The translations under genes and the position numbers were made by a program. A stretch of 55,105 bases of DNA, taken from assembly GCA_000494145.1 (NCBI GenBank), contig AWOE01000005.1, forward strand, positions 1,582 to 56,686, given 5' to 3'. This document shows positions 34,211-42,526 of the stretch, one piece after another. How positions within the stretch are numbered: position 1 is the first letter of the stretch; each line of letters begins with the position of its first letter. The notes beneath the pieces were generated by a model. That model saw only the letters and a list, made by a program, of their open reading frames with translations. It was not told the DNA's origin and did no database searches. Origin of the DNA: Candidatus Calditenuaceae archaeon JGI OTU-1 (GTDB lineage Archaea > Thermoproteota > Nitrososphaeria_A > Caldarchaeales > Calditenuaceae).

Positions 34211-34922
34211 GCCTGCCGAACTCGTCGACCTCTCCGGACCTTATCCTCGTGCTGGAAAGGGGGAGACCGTCCTCGGCGATGACGATAGGCGATAACTCCA
34301 CGGCTATCGGAGGAAGTCCCTTCTCGATCCTGGAGGCGTTGACGCGGAGGCAGTTCTCCAAGGTGAAGGGGCTACCGACGATGACCTCGTAGGACGGATC
34401 CCTCGCAGGAGGTCCCAGCTCGTCGTCGAGAGCTCCGATCTCGGCCCTCTCCCACCACCCCCAATTTCTGAGGACCTCCTCCAACCTCCTCCTCCTCTCC
34501 TCGGAGGGCGAGACGCCGCTCTTCCCCTTCGAGGCGACGAACCTGTCGGTCGTGAGGCCGATGAAGACCCTCTCGGCCGTCCTGAAGGCGGTGTTCAACA
34601 GCGCCAGGTGTCCGAGGTGGAACCTGTCGAAGGTGCCCCCGATCGCTCCCTTCCTGTACAGCGGGGTTATCCTCCTCGATACCCTCACCTCCTCCTCGAC
34701 CTCGTGGTACCAGAGCCTCACCGACCTGAGCGCTATCAGGGCCTGTCCTCTGATGAGGTTGAACGCGGCCGCGACCTCCTCGGCCGTCAGCCTCGGGTTT
34801 CTCCTCACCGCCTCTAGGACCTTCGCCTTGAGCGCCGCGAACCCCGGCGACCTGGTCACGCACTCGTAGAGCATCGCGTAGAGGTCTTCCCTCTCCAGCC
34901 GGCCGGTCGGCGCCCTCCACAT
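34173..34922 (-). CDS. coaD: phosphopantetheine adenylyltransferase (archaeal type) with ~90-aa N-terminal extension
   Basis: 249 aa. GGTFDRFHLGHLALL nucleotidyltransferase motif and a C-terminal SSTRIR. TATA-like ACTAATA lies 22 nt upstream of ATG 34922. Confidence 0.75.
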   Translation of the reverse strand: MWRAPTGRLEREDLYAMLYECVTRSPGFAALKAKVLEAVRRNPRLTAEEVAAAFNLIRGQALIALRSVRLWYHEVEEEVRVSRRITPLYRKGAIGGTFDRFHLGHLALLNTAFRTAERVFIGLTTDRFVASKGKSGVSPSEERRRRLEEVLRNWGWWERAEIGALDDELGPPARDPSYEVIVGSPFTLENCLRVNASRIEKGLPPIAVELSPIVIAEDGLPLSSTRIRSGEVDEFGRLTRSRGPAARRA

Positions 34923-35024
34923 CGTCCGTGCTCCCCCTCCAGCGGGTATTAGTGGAATTCGATCGAGGTTCCGGCCGACTCGGAAGCCATATTACAAGGT
35001 GTGATCGGAGGATGGAGGACGAGG

Positions 35025-35336
35025 ATGTCCGAACAGGTGAGGAGATTCGCAGGACTGATCGAGGAGGTGAGGGAGACGATCAAGCTCCTCAACGCCTTCC
35101 TCGACGCCGGCTCGAGGCTCGAGTTCGTCCAGGCTAAGGCGGAGGAGGTCACGCGCGTCCTCTCCGAAGCCCTCATGGACCCCGGACTCTCGGACGACAT
35201 GAGAAGGGAACTCGAGGAGCTGCAGGTCAAGGCAAAGTCCATAGCCGAGAGGGCGAGGAAGAAGGTCGAGGAGGTGAACTCGGGTTGGCGAGACGTGGAA
35301 AGGAGGAGCGCGGAGGGCCTCAGGAGGACCTTCTGA
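35025..35336 (+). CDS. small coiled-coil protein, hypothetical
   Basis: 103 aa from ATG 35025, preceded by GGAGGA. Charged heptad-like sequence (EEVRETIKLLNAFLD ... RRELEELQVKAKSIAERARKKVEE). Overlaps the tldD start by 52 nt. Confidence 0.4.
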   Translation: MSEQVRRFAGLIEEVRETIKLLNAFLDAGSRLEFVQAKAEEVTRVLSEALMDPGLSDDMRRELEELQVKAKSIAERARKKVEEVNSGWRDVERRSAEGLRRTF

Positions 35337-36754
35337 GGTCTGCGGTCGAAAGGGCTCTCTCGCTCGGTGCGAAGTACGCCGAGGCCCGCTATCAGCTCGA
35401 TTACCACGAGGAGGTCAGCCTCAGGAACGGGTATCCGGTCGCGGGCGGCTTCTCGGTCAACTCGGGGATCGCTGTCAGGGTGATCGTCGACGGCGCGATG
35501 GGTTTCGCCTCCACCAACAGGATGAAGCAGAACTCGGTGAGGAACGCCGTCGAGAGGGCCGTCGCTCTGGCTAAGGCCTCCGCCAGGCTCCTCAAGAGGC
35601 CGATAGGGATGAGCGAGGAGACGCTCGGGAGAGACAGGGTCGTCGTGAGGCCGAGGATCAGGTTCGAGAACGTGGACCTTCAGGACAGGGTCGAGGCGCT
35701 CAAGGTTGCTGACCAGGGCCTTCTCGACGGAGCGAGGAGGGCAGGTGTCGAGGCACCTTCGAGGTTCATCGGCCTCACCTGCGGCTTCACCGAGAAGCAC
35801 GTGATCAACTCCGACGGCGCCGACGTCTACTCCTGGATACCGAGGGTTGCGGTGAGCTTCTACTACCAGCTCTCCTCCGACGGTAGGTCGATCTTCAGGC
35901 ACAAGGACCTCGGCGAGTCGAGGGGATGGGAGGGCTTCGAGAGGTGGAGGCTCGACGATTACCTCAACGAGGACGCCGGTGCCGTAGGTCACGTCCTGAG
36001 GAAGGCAGTAGAGCCGCCTGAGGGCGAGATGGACGTCGTCCTGGGACCCGAGGTCGTGGGGCTGATCTGCCACGAGTCCGCGGGTCATCCGGGAGAGGCC
36101 GATAGGATGCTCGGCCGGGAGGCCGCGCAGGCAGGCGAGACGTACATCAAGCCCGAGCTGCTGGGGGCGGGGATCGGCTCGGAGGTCGTGACGGTGGTCG
36201 ACGATCCGACGATTCCGGGCTCCTACGGCTTCTACATCTACGACGAGGAGGGCGTAAGGGCTCGGGAAAGGGTCCTGATCGATAAGGGTGTACTGAGGGA
36301 GCTGCTGCAGAACAGGGAGACGGCAGCAATCCTCGGGACGAAGAGCAACGGCGCCTCCAGGGCCAGCAGCTACGACCGGGAGCCCATCGTCAGGATGGCT
36401 AACACCTACATGAAGCCCGGCGACCACACCCTCGAGGAGTTGATAGAGGGCATCGACTTCGGCGTCTACATCAAGACTTACTCCGAGTGGAACATCGACG
36501 ACAAGAGGTGGAACCAGCGCTACACCGGCGTCGAGGCCTACCTGATCAGGAACGGAAGGCTGGCTGAGCCTGTCTACAAACCGATCCTCGAGATAACCAC
36601 GAAGGGCCTCTACTCCTCGATAGACGCGGTGGGGAAGGACCTCGAGATGACCGCCGGTTACTGCGGCAAGGGAGAGCCCATGCAGGCGATCCCCGTCTGG
36701 TTCGGAGGGCCATCGGTCAGGGTGAGGAAGGTAAGGCTCCTGAGGCCGACGTGA
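35285..36754 (+). CDS. tldD: TldD-family metalloprotease
   Basis: 489 aa. LGAKYAEARY, GIAVRVIVDGAMGFAST, metal motif CHESAGHPGEAD, and a C-terminal GGPSVRV. TTG start lies 7 nt downstream of GGAGGTGA. Confidence 0.85.
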   Translation: MARRGKEERGGPQEDLLRSAVERALSLGAKYAEARYQLDYHEEVSLRNGYPVAGGFSVNSGIAVRVIVDGAMGFASTNRMKQNSVRNAVERAVALAKASARLLKRPIGMSEETLGRDRVVVRPRIRFENVDLQDRVEALKVADQGLLDGARRAGVEAPSRFIGLTCGFTEKHVINSDGADVYSWIPRVAVSFYYQLSSDGRSIFRHKDLGESRGWEGFERWRLDDYLNEDAGAVGHVLRKAVEPPEGEMDVVLGPEVVGLICHESAGHPGEADRMLGREAAQAGETYIKPELLGAGIGSEVVTVVDDPTIPGSYGFYIYDEEGVRARERVLIDKGVLRELLQNRETAAILGTKSNGASRASSYDREPIVRMANTYMKPGDHTLEELIEGIDFGVYIKTYSEWNIDDKRWNQRYTGVEAYLIRNGRLAEPVYKPILEITTKGLYSSIDAVGKDLEMTAGYCGKGEPMQAIPVWFGGPSVRVRKVRLLRPT

Positions 36755-36784
36755 AGCCCTGAAAGGTCCTCCCTATCGCCTCGT

Positions 36785-37444
36785 TCACCTTTCGTATTCC
36801 GTTTCGTCCTTCACCCCGAGCGCCCTGAAGACCTCCTTCCTCTTCGCACAGCCCTCGCAGACGCCGCAGTGGATCTTGCCCTCCCTCCAGCAGCTCCAGG
36901 TCAGCTCAAGAGGTACGCCCAGCTCTAGCGCCAACCTCATCACCTCCAGCTTCTTCATCCCGATGAGGGGGGCCTCGACGCGCACTGGACGCCAAGGTAC
37001 CATCGCAGCCGCCAGCGAGTTGAAGGACCCGATCAGGTCAGGGCCGACGTCGGAGAAGAGTCCCAGGTCCTCGGCGTTGTGGCCCATAACGACCGTCTCC
37101 AGCCTCCTGATCCAGGCCCAGTAGCACCCTATCGAGTAGAAGACGAGGTTCCTGTACGGTATGAAGGTCAGCGGTACCCCCTGTGCCTCGACCTCGGACC
37201 TGATCTCGTCGCCGAGGTCTATGGCCTCCCTCAGGAAACCCAACCCGAGCTCCGCGTGCTCCTCCACTCCCGCGGCCTCAGCTATGGCCCTCGCCGCCTC
37301 GACCTCCCTCCTGTTCCTGCGGTGGAAGTCGATCGAGAGCGTCGCACACCTCCCTCCCCTCTTCCTCACGAGAAACAGGGCCGTCGCCGAGTCTATCCCG
37401 CCGGAGAGGAGGACGAGGTATCCGGCCCTCGCTTCCCCGCTCAT
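36785..37444 (-). CDS. queC: 7-cyano-7-deazaguanine synthase QueC
   Basis: 219 aa. PP-loop LLSGGIDSATA and a C-terminal Zn site CWREGKIHCGVCEGCAKR. Confidence 0.85.
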   Translation of the reverse strand: MSGEARAGYLVLLSGGIDSATALFLVRKRGGRCATLSIDFHRRNRREVEAARAIAEAAGVEEHAELGLGFLREAIDLGDEIRSEVEAQGVPLTFIPYRNLVFYSIGCYWAWIRRLETVVMGHNAEDLGLFSDVGPDLIGSFNSLAAAMVPWRPVRVEAPLIGMKKLEVMRLALELGVPLELTWSCWREGKIHCGVCEGCAKRKEVFRALGVKDETEYER

Positions 37445-38100
37445 CCCAGCAGCTCCGCAACCGCGTACTTACCGATCCCTTCGCTGACGCTGACCCTCAC
37501 GACCACAGGCTTCACGGACAGCGAGGTGAGAAGGCGTCTCGCGATGTGGGCAGCGATGTTCTCGGCCGTCGACTCTCCCTCTATCACCGCCACCCTGCTC
37601 TGGGGGACCCAGAGGTCGTAGCTCCCTCCGAGGCCCTCGAAGGAGACGAGGTAACGGCCGTCCTTGAGATCCACGATGTACCTGCGCGAGACGATCAGCT
37701 TGTGGTCGAGCTCCTCTATCACCGATTTGACGGCGCTCTTCAGGACGCCGAAATCGAGTACGTATCCCTCGGCGTTCTTCGGGCCGGTGACCTCGACCGA
37801 TACGGACGCCGTGTGGCCGTGCAGCGTCGAGCACTTCTCTATGTGCGGGAGGAAGTGGGCGTAATCGAAGTTCAGACCCCTCTCCGCCACCCTCACCGTC
37901 GCCACATCGTCCTCGACCACAAACCCCGCTCCCCTCAGCTCGTCGCCGTTCCGGAATTTGATCGAGAACCTTCCGTTCTCGTGGAAGGAAGCCTGCATCC
38001 CTTCGGTCCTCAACTCCTGCGCACCGTCAACTTCTACGAGCTCGTAACCGACGCCGTGGGCCGCGAGGACCCTCTCCAGAAGCGTTCTGATCGAACCCAA
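37441..38100 (-). CDS. queD: 6-carboxytetrahydropterin synthase QueD-like (PTPS fold) with ~70-aa N-terminal extension
   Basis: 219 aa. FDYAHFLPHIEKCSTLHGHTASVSVEV ... DFGVLK ... LDHK matches PTPS/QueD. ATGA overlap with queC. TTG start. Confidence 0.65.
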   Translation of the reverse strand: MGSIRTLLERVLAAHGVGYELVEVDGAQELRTEGMQASFHENGRFSIKFRNGDELRGAGFVVEDDVATVRVAERGLNFDYAHFLPHIEKCSTLHGHTASVSVEVTGPKNAEGYVLDFGVLKSAVKSVIEELDHKLIVSRRYIVDLKDGRYLVSFEGLGGSYDLWVPQSRVAVIEGESTAENIAAHIARRLLTSLSVKPVVVRVSVSEGIGKYAVAELLG

Positions 38101-38198
38101 CCGCCCTACCTCTTCAGGTTTGCGATCTCAGCGCCGCAATATAGCCTGAACTCCCTCTCCCGGACCGTTGAGCGGTAAAGGGCCATGACGTACCGACC

Positions 38199-39773
38199 TC
38201 AGGCACAAAGTGACGGAGACCCGAGACCTGTGACGTACCGTTCGCCGAAGCGGGACATGGTGACCGGGTTCAGCAAGTTCTCTATCGGCGAGTAACCGTC
38301 GGTGAGGAGGGGGAACTGGGAGAGGTCGTGCGATGGGACGAAAGCCCTCGAGAGGGGCCCTGAGATCCCCAGCGACGAGGCCACGGCGTCTCTTCCGGCG
38401 CGCTCGACGAGCTCGTCGGGACTGGGCAGCGGCGCATCGCTGGCCACGACTATCACGTTCTGGACGTCGAACGGGTCGCCCGACGAAACCGGGACTATCA
38501 GGACGTGGGGGAAGTGCTCCTTCAATGTCCGGACGTAGGCCCACAGTATAGCCGAGGCAGGCCCGGAGAGCGAAGCTATTACGTTCGAGACGACCACGCC
38601 GCCCTCCTTCATGCGCGATCTCAACAGATCGAAGAACTCGGAAGTGGCAAGGTGGAAGGGGATGTAGTTCTTCGAGTAGGCGTCCAACACCACAACGTCA
38701 AACTTCTCTTCTGTCAGCATAAGATATCTTCTCCCGTCCATTACTACAATCTCAATCTTATCGCTGAACTCGGTGAGGTGGAAGAACGTCCTAGCTACAT
38801 CCACGACCTTCGGATCTATCTCGACCGCAACGATCCTCATGTCCTGGTAGTGGCTGGAGAAGAACTTGGGACCGGAGAAGCCCCCTCCGCCGATGAAGAG
38901 CGTGGAGAGGCCTCCGCTTCGGTTGAGTATCAGCGGGCCGAGGACGAACAGCCTAGTATATGGGAAGGGGAGCGAGTCAGGAACGCCTATCACCATGCCG
39001 CTGTGGAGGAGGCCGTTGATGTAGAGGAGCCTTGTCTCGGCCCTGTCGACGACGACTATCCTCGAGTAGGTCGAGTCGCCGACGTACTTGACTTCGCCGA
39101 GGTATGCGGAGGTGCATACGAGCAGCTGAGGCGTTGAGACGAGCAGGACCACGAGGATGGCGAAGGCGCCTCCCTTAACGACAGCCTGGTACCTGATCGA
39201 TCCGAGGGCCGCGATCGCAGAGAGGACGAGGCCTGAGAGAAAGAAGATCGAGTTGACCTCAAGGCGTTCCAAGAGGAAGAAGGTGGTCCCGAAGGTCCCT
39301 GCGATGCTCCCGAGCGTCGAGAGCGCGTAGACGTTCCCCGATATGGAACCGAGCTCGCTTCTGCCCTGACCGAGGTGCTTGACGGTGGCGGGGACGACGG
39401 CTCCCAGCAACATCGAGGGGACCCCGGTGACCATGAGGCCCGAGACGACCGATCCGACCCTTTCGTCGAGCAGCTCGAGCCTGAAGCTGGACGAGACCAG
39501 CGCCGTTACCGTCGGGAGGAGGGCCACGTAAAGCCCCCCTGAGATCGACATCAGCGAGACGACCTTCCTCGGATCGAACCGGTCGGAGAGGCGCCCGCCT
39601 ATCCAGTAACCCAGCGAGAGGGCCGCGAGGACGACGCCGATCACCCCTCCCCATACGACGGCAGAGCTGCCGTAGAGAGCGGTTATCGCCCTCCCCCCTG
39701 TCACCTCCACGACCATCACGACAGCTCCCGACGCGAAGACGACGACCCTGAGCACGAGGTCCTCGATCCGCAT
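38199..39773 (-). CDS. fused polytopic membrane domain + spermidine synthase-like methyltransferase
   Basis: About 524 aa from ATG 39773. About 7 N-terminal TM helices, then a Rossmann region LFIGGGGFSGPKFF ... RIVAVEIDPKVVDVAR ... FDVVVLDAYS. TATA-like AAATTGAAAA (39812-39802) lies about 30 nt upstream of ATG 39773. The ORF-track start is GTG 39824. Confidence 0.65.
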   Translation of the reverse strand: MRIEDLVLRVVVFASGAVVMVVEVTGGRAITALYGSSAVVWGGVIGVVLAALSLGYWIGGRLSDRFDPRKVVSLMSISGGLYVALLPTVTALVSSSFRLELLDERVGSVVSGLMVTGVPSMLLGAVVPATVKHLGQGRSELGSISGNVYALSTLGSIAGTFGTTFFLLERLEVNSIFFLSGLVLSAIAALGSIRYQAVVKGGAFAILVVLLVSTPQLLVCTSAYLGEVKYVGDSTYSRIVVVDRAETRLLYINGLLHSGMVIGVPDSLPFPYTRLFVLGPLILNRSGGLSTLFIGGGGFSGPKFFSSHYQDMRIVAVEIDPKVVDVARTFFHLTEFSDKIEIVVMDGRRYLMLTEEKFDVVVLDAYSKNYIPFHLATSEFFDLLRSRMKEGGVVVSNVIASLSGPASAILWAYVRTLKEHFPHVLIVPVSSGDPFDVQNVIVVASDAPLPSPDELVERAGRDAVASSLGISGPLSRAFVPSHDLSQFPLLTDGYSPIENLLNPVTMSRFGERYVTGLGSPSLCA

Positions 39774-39899
39774 CCCTGACTGCCCCTCAAGTCCTCGCCC
39801 CTTTTCAATTTGTACGGGAGGCACGCCACCGGGTTGACAGCTCCACCGCGCTCCGCACCGAAGAAACTGTGATATCCGGACGGAACGGACTGGCCGGGG

Positions 39900-40193
39900 A
39901 TGAGCTACAGGAGGGGGAGGAGGCTGGAGTACGAGGTCCGGGACCTCTTCGAGTCCAGGGGATGGGTCGTGGTGAGGGCGGCTGCCAGCAAGCCGGTGGA
40001 CCTAGTTTGCTTACGTAATGGTCAGGTGGTCCTGGTCGAGTGCAAGTACAACGACAGGCCCTCTTCCAAGGAGCTCGAGCGTCTCAGCGAGTTCTCGCGG
40101 GCCACGGGCGTGAGGGTGCTGCTGGCAGTGAGGCCCAAGTACGGGAAGCTCCGGGTCTTCGATCCGTGGACGAAGGAGGAGTACGCTCCTTAG
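39900..40193 (+). CDS. small Hjc-like (archaeal Holliday junction resolvase fold) nuclease
   Basis: 97 aa. RRLEYEVRDLFESRGWVVVRAAASKPVDLVCLRNGQVVLVECKY carries the E...(P)D...ExK signature. Confidence 0.6.
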   Translation: MSYRRGRRLEYEVRDLFESRGWVVVRAAASKPVDLVCLRNGQVVLVECKYNDRPSSKELERLSEFSRATGVRVLLAVRPKYGKLRVFDPWTKEEYAP

Positions 40194-40196
40194 GAG

Positions 40197-41291
40197 GTGG
40201 CCTTGATCACCGGAAGCTACTCGCCTGAATCGGCCCGGAGGTTCGCGGAGAGGGCGAAGGCGTCCGGAGTTGCCGCAGGTCACTTCAGGGAGACAGCGGT
40301 CGGGACCGTCAGCAGCCTCGGCATCGGCACTTACCTCGGAGACCCGGATGACGCGACAGACTCGATGGTCGAGGAGGCCGTATTGAGGCTCGTCGCCTCG
40401 GGTGCGGTCAACGTGATCGACACCGCGATAAACTACCGTTTCATGCGGGCTGAGGGCGCTGTCGGACGGGCGATCAGGAGGCTCGTCGAGTCGGAGACGG
40501 TGAGGAGGTCGGAGGTCCTTGTCTGCACGAAGGCCGGCTACCTGACGCACGACTCGAGGGAGGGTGTGTCGTTCATCGATTACGTCGAGGAGAGGCTCTT
40601 CAGAACAGGGGTCGTCAACCCTTCCGAGGTGGCGGGAGGGATCCACTGCATCTCGCCGAAGTACGTCGAGTGGAGCGTCGCGAAGAGCAGGGCCAACATG
40701 GACCTGGAGGTGATCGACGTCGTGTACCTGCACAACCCGATGGAGCACCAGGCTCCCGTCCTCGGCAGGGAAGGGGCCTACAGGAGGCTGGCCGATGCCA
40801 TCGCGAAGCTCGAGGACCTGAGGTCCGACGGCGTGATAAGATGGTACGGGATCGCCACGTGGAGCTCCCTCAGGGTCGACTGTGGTGCGGAGGAACACCT
40901 GGACCTCCAGAGGGCCGTTGAGTTGGCAAGATCGAAGGCCGGTAGGGATCACGGGCTGAGGTTCGTCCAGGCCCCGCTCAACGTCAGGATGAAGGAGGCC
41001 GTCGCCCTCAGGAACCAAGAGGTCGATGGGGAGACGCTCACACCTTTGGAAGCGGCGAGGAAGTTGTCGCTGGTGTTCGTGACGAGCGCACCGCTCCTTC
41101 AGGGCCGTCTGCTGAGGGCAGCAGGTCTGAGGCCACCGAGCGGGATGACCTCGGCCCAGCACCTCATCCAGATGGCGAGGGCCTGGTCCGACTGCACCTT
41201 GGTGGGGGCGAAGAGGCCGGAGCACGTCGAAGAGCTGGTCCGACTCTCGAGGACAGCCCCAGACCCTCCGGAAGCCTGGAGAGACCCGTGA
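40197..41291 (+). CDS. aldo/keto reductase
   Basis: 364 aa. LGIGTYLG, VIDTAINY (Asp, Tyr), VCTKAGY (Lys), VYLHNP (His). TTG 40203 is an alternative start downstream of GGAGG. Confidence 0.8.
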   Translation: MALITGSYSPESARRFAERAKASGVAAGHFRETAVGTVSSLGIGTYLGDPDDATDSMVEEAVLRLVASGAVNVIDTAINYRFMRAEGAVGRAIRRLVESETVRRSEVLVCTKAGYLTHDSREGVSFIDYVEERLFRTGVVNPSEVAGGIHCISPKYVEWSVAKSRANMDLEVIDVVYLHNPMEHQAPVLGREGAYRRLADAIAKLEDLRSDGVIRWYGIATWSSLRVDCGAEEHLDLQRAVELARSKAGRDHGLRFVQAPLNVRMKEAVALRNQEVDGETLTPLEAARKLSLVFVTSAPLLQGRLLRAAGLRPPSGMTSAQHLIQMARAWSDCTLVGAKRPEHVEELVRLSRTAPDPPEAWRDP

Positions 41292-41905
41292 ACGGCCGAG
41301 TTTACGCAGGCGTGGACCTCACCGCCACCACCCGCAGGGAGACCGCTGTCTGCGTTGTGACGTCAGGGGTCTCAGCCGAGTTCTTTCGGGCCCGCACCGA
41401 CTTCGATCTGCTGGACGTCCTCGGTAAGGCGTCGCCGAGGGTGGTAGCTATCGACGCGCCGCTCTCCTTTCCGCCGGCCGGAAGGGGCCTGAGGAGGTGC
41501 GATGCCGAGGTGAGGCGGCTGGGCGTCCCGATACTCCCTCCCGCGATGGGTCCCATGAGGCTGCTCAGCGAGAGGGGGTCAAGGATCGCAGGCCTCCTGA
41601 GGGAGAGGGGGATGAGGGTCATCGAGGTCTATCCGAGGGGCGTGCAGAGGATGCTCGGGCTGATCGGCAGGGGTGAGAGGCCGACCGAAGCGGTCGCACG
41701 GCGGATCGCGTCGCTCCTCGGAGTGAAGGTCCCTCGAGGCCTCGACGTTGACGAGATAGACGCCCTGACATGTGCCCTTGTCGCTTTCCTCCACGACGCG
41801 GGCAGAACCGATGAGCTCGGTGACCCTGAGGAGGGGACGATCGTCATGCCGTCGGCCGAGGTCCTGGATGAGCTGCGTCGCCTGCTCGGCTCCTCAGAAC
41901 GTTGA
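41288..41905 (+). CDS. DUF429-like protein (RNase H-like fold, predicted)
   Basis: 205 aa. YAGVDLTATTRRETAVCVV ... VVAIDAPLSFP ... EVYP pattern. GTGA overlap with the reductase gene. Confidence 0.5.
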   Translation: MNGRVYAGVDLTATTRRETAVCVVTSGVSAEFFRARTDFDLLDVLGKASPRVVAIDAPLSFPPAGRGLRRCDAEVRRLGVPILPPAMGPMRLLSERGSRIAGLLRERGMRVIEVYPRGVQRMLGLIGRGERPTEAVARRIASLLGVKVPRGLDVDEIDALTCALVAFLHDAGRTDELGDPEEGTIVMPSAEVLDELRRLLGSSER

Positions 41906-42472
41906 CCTGAGCACCGGCTCCTCGGAGTTCCAGACGTAGCCGCAGCTGCTGCAGTAGAAGGACCAGACCCTTATGGAGGTGCTGTCCTCGGGGATCAGGG
42001 GTATAGTCAGCTCGCTCCCGCACCTCGGGCATCTGTTCCTGAGGTAGCTCTTCCAGACCTTGACGCCCACCGAGAAGCCCGAGACCGTTTGGGGATCGGA
42101 AACGGCGAAGCCGGCGGCGAGCAGAAGCCTCGGCACCTCATCGCGGGGTATCCCGGACCTGAAGAGGAGGACCCCTCCTTCCACCAGGACCCTGTTGACC
42201 TCGAGGAGCATCGGCCTCACGGAGCTCGCTTCCCGGCCACCGTAAGAGAGGGTCACGAGCCTCAGCGACGAGGACCTGATCGGCAGCTCCTTGCCCGAAA
42301 CGAGCCGGTCAGAGGCCGAGAACCCCCCTTCCAGCACATCGACCGCCTCGAGGATGACCGTTCCGCTTTCGTCGAGGTGAAGGCTGAGGGACCTCCTCAC
42401 ATCGCCCGCACTGAGCACTCCGTGCTCGATTAGCCTGAGCAGCGCGTGATGTTGCTCCTCGAGCGCCTCCAT
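41894..42472 (-). CDS. hypothetical protein, methyltransferase-like remnant + C-terminal 4-Cys zinc ribbon
   Basis: 192 aa. LLEVNRVLVEGGVLLF resembles the post-II region of SAM methyltransferases, but no GxGxG is seen. C-terminal CPRCG ... CSSCG. Confidence 0.45.
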   Translation of the reverse strand: MEALEEQHHALLRLIEHGVLSAGDVRRSLSLHLDESGTVILEAVDVLEGGFSASDRLVSGKELPIRSSSLRLVTLSYGGREASSVRPMLLEVNRVLVEGGVLLFRSGIPRDEVPRLLLAAGFAVSDPQTVSGFSVGVKVWKSYLRNRCPRCGSELTIPLIPEDSTSIRVWSFYCSSCGYVWNSEEPVLRSTF

Positions 42473-42526
42473 TCAGCAATGTCGTCTCAGGTCGCCCTCA
42501 AAACCCTTCCCCCGTTCTCCGGAGAC

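Noticed and set aside
34949-36427. 492-aa minus-strand ORF
   Set aside because: It is antisense to tldD, which carries the HExxxH-type motif CHESAGHPGE on the plus strand.
40011-41225. 404-aa minus-strand ORF
   Set aside because: It is antisense to the aldo/keto reductase gene and is low-complexity.
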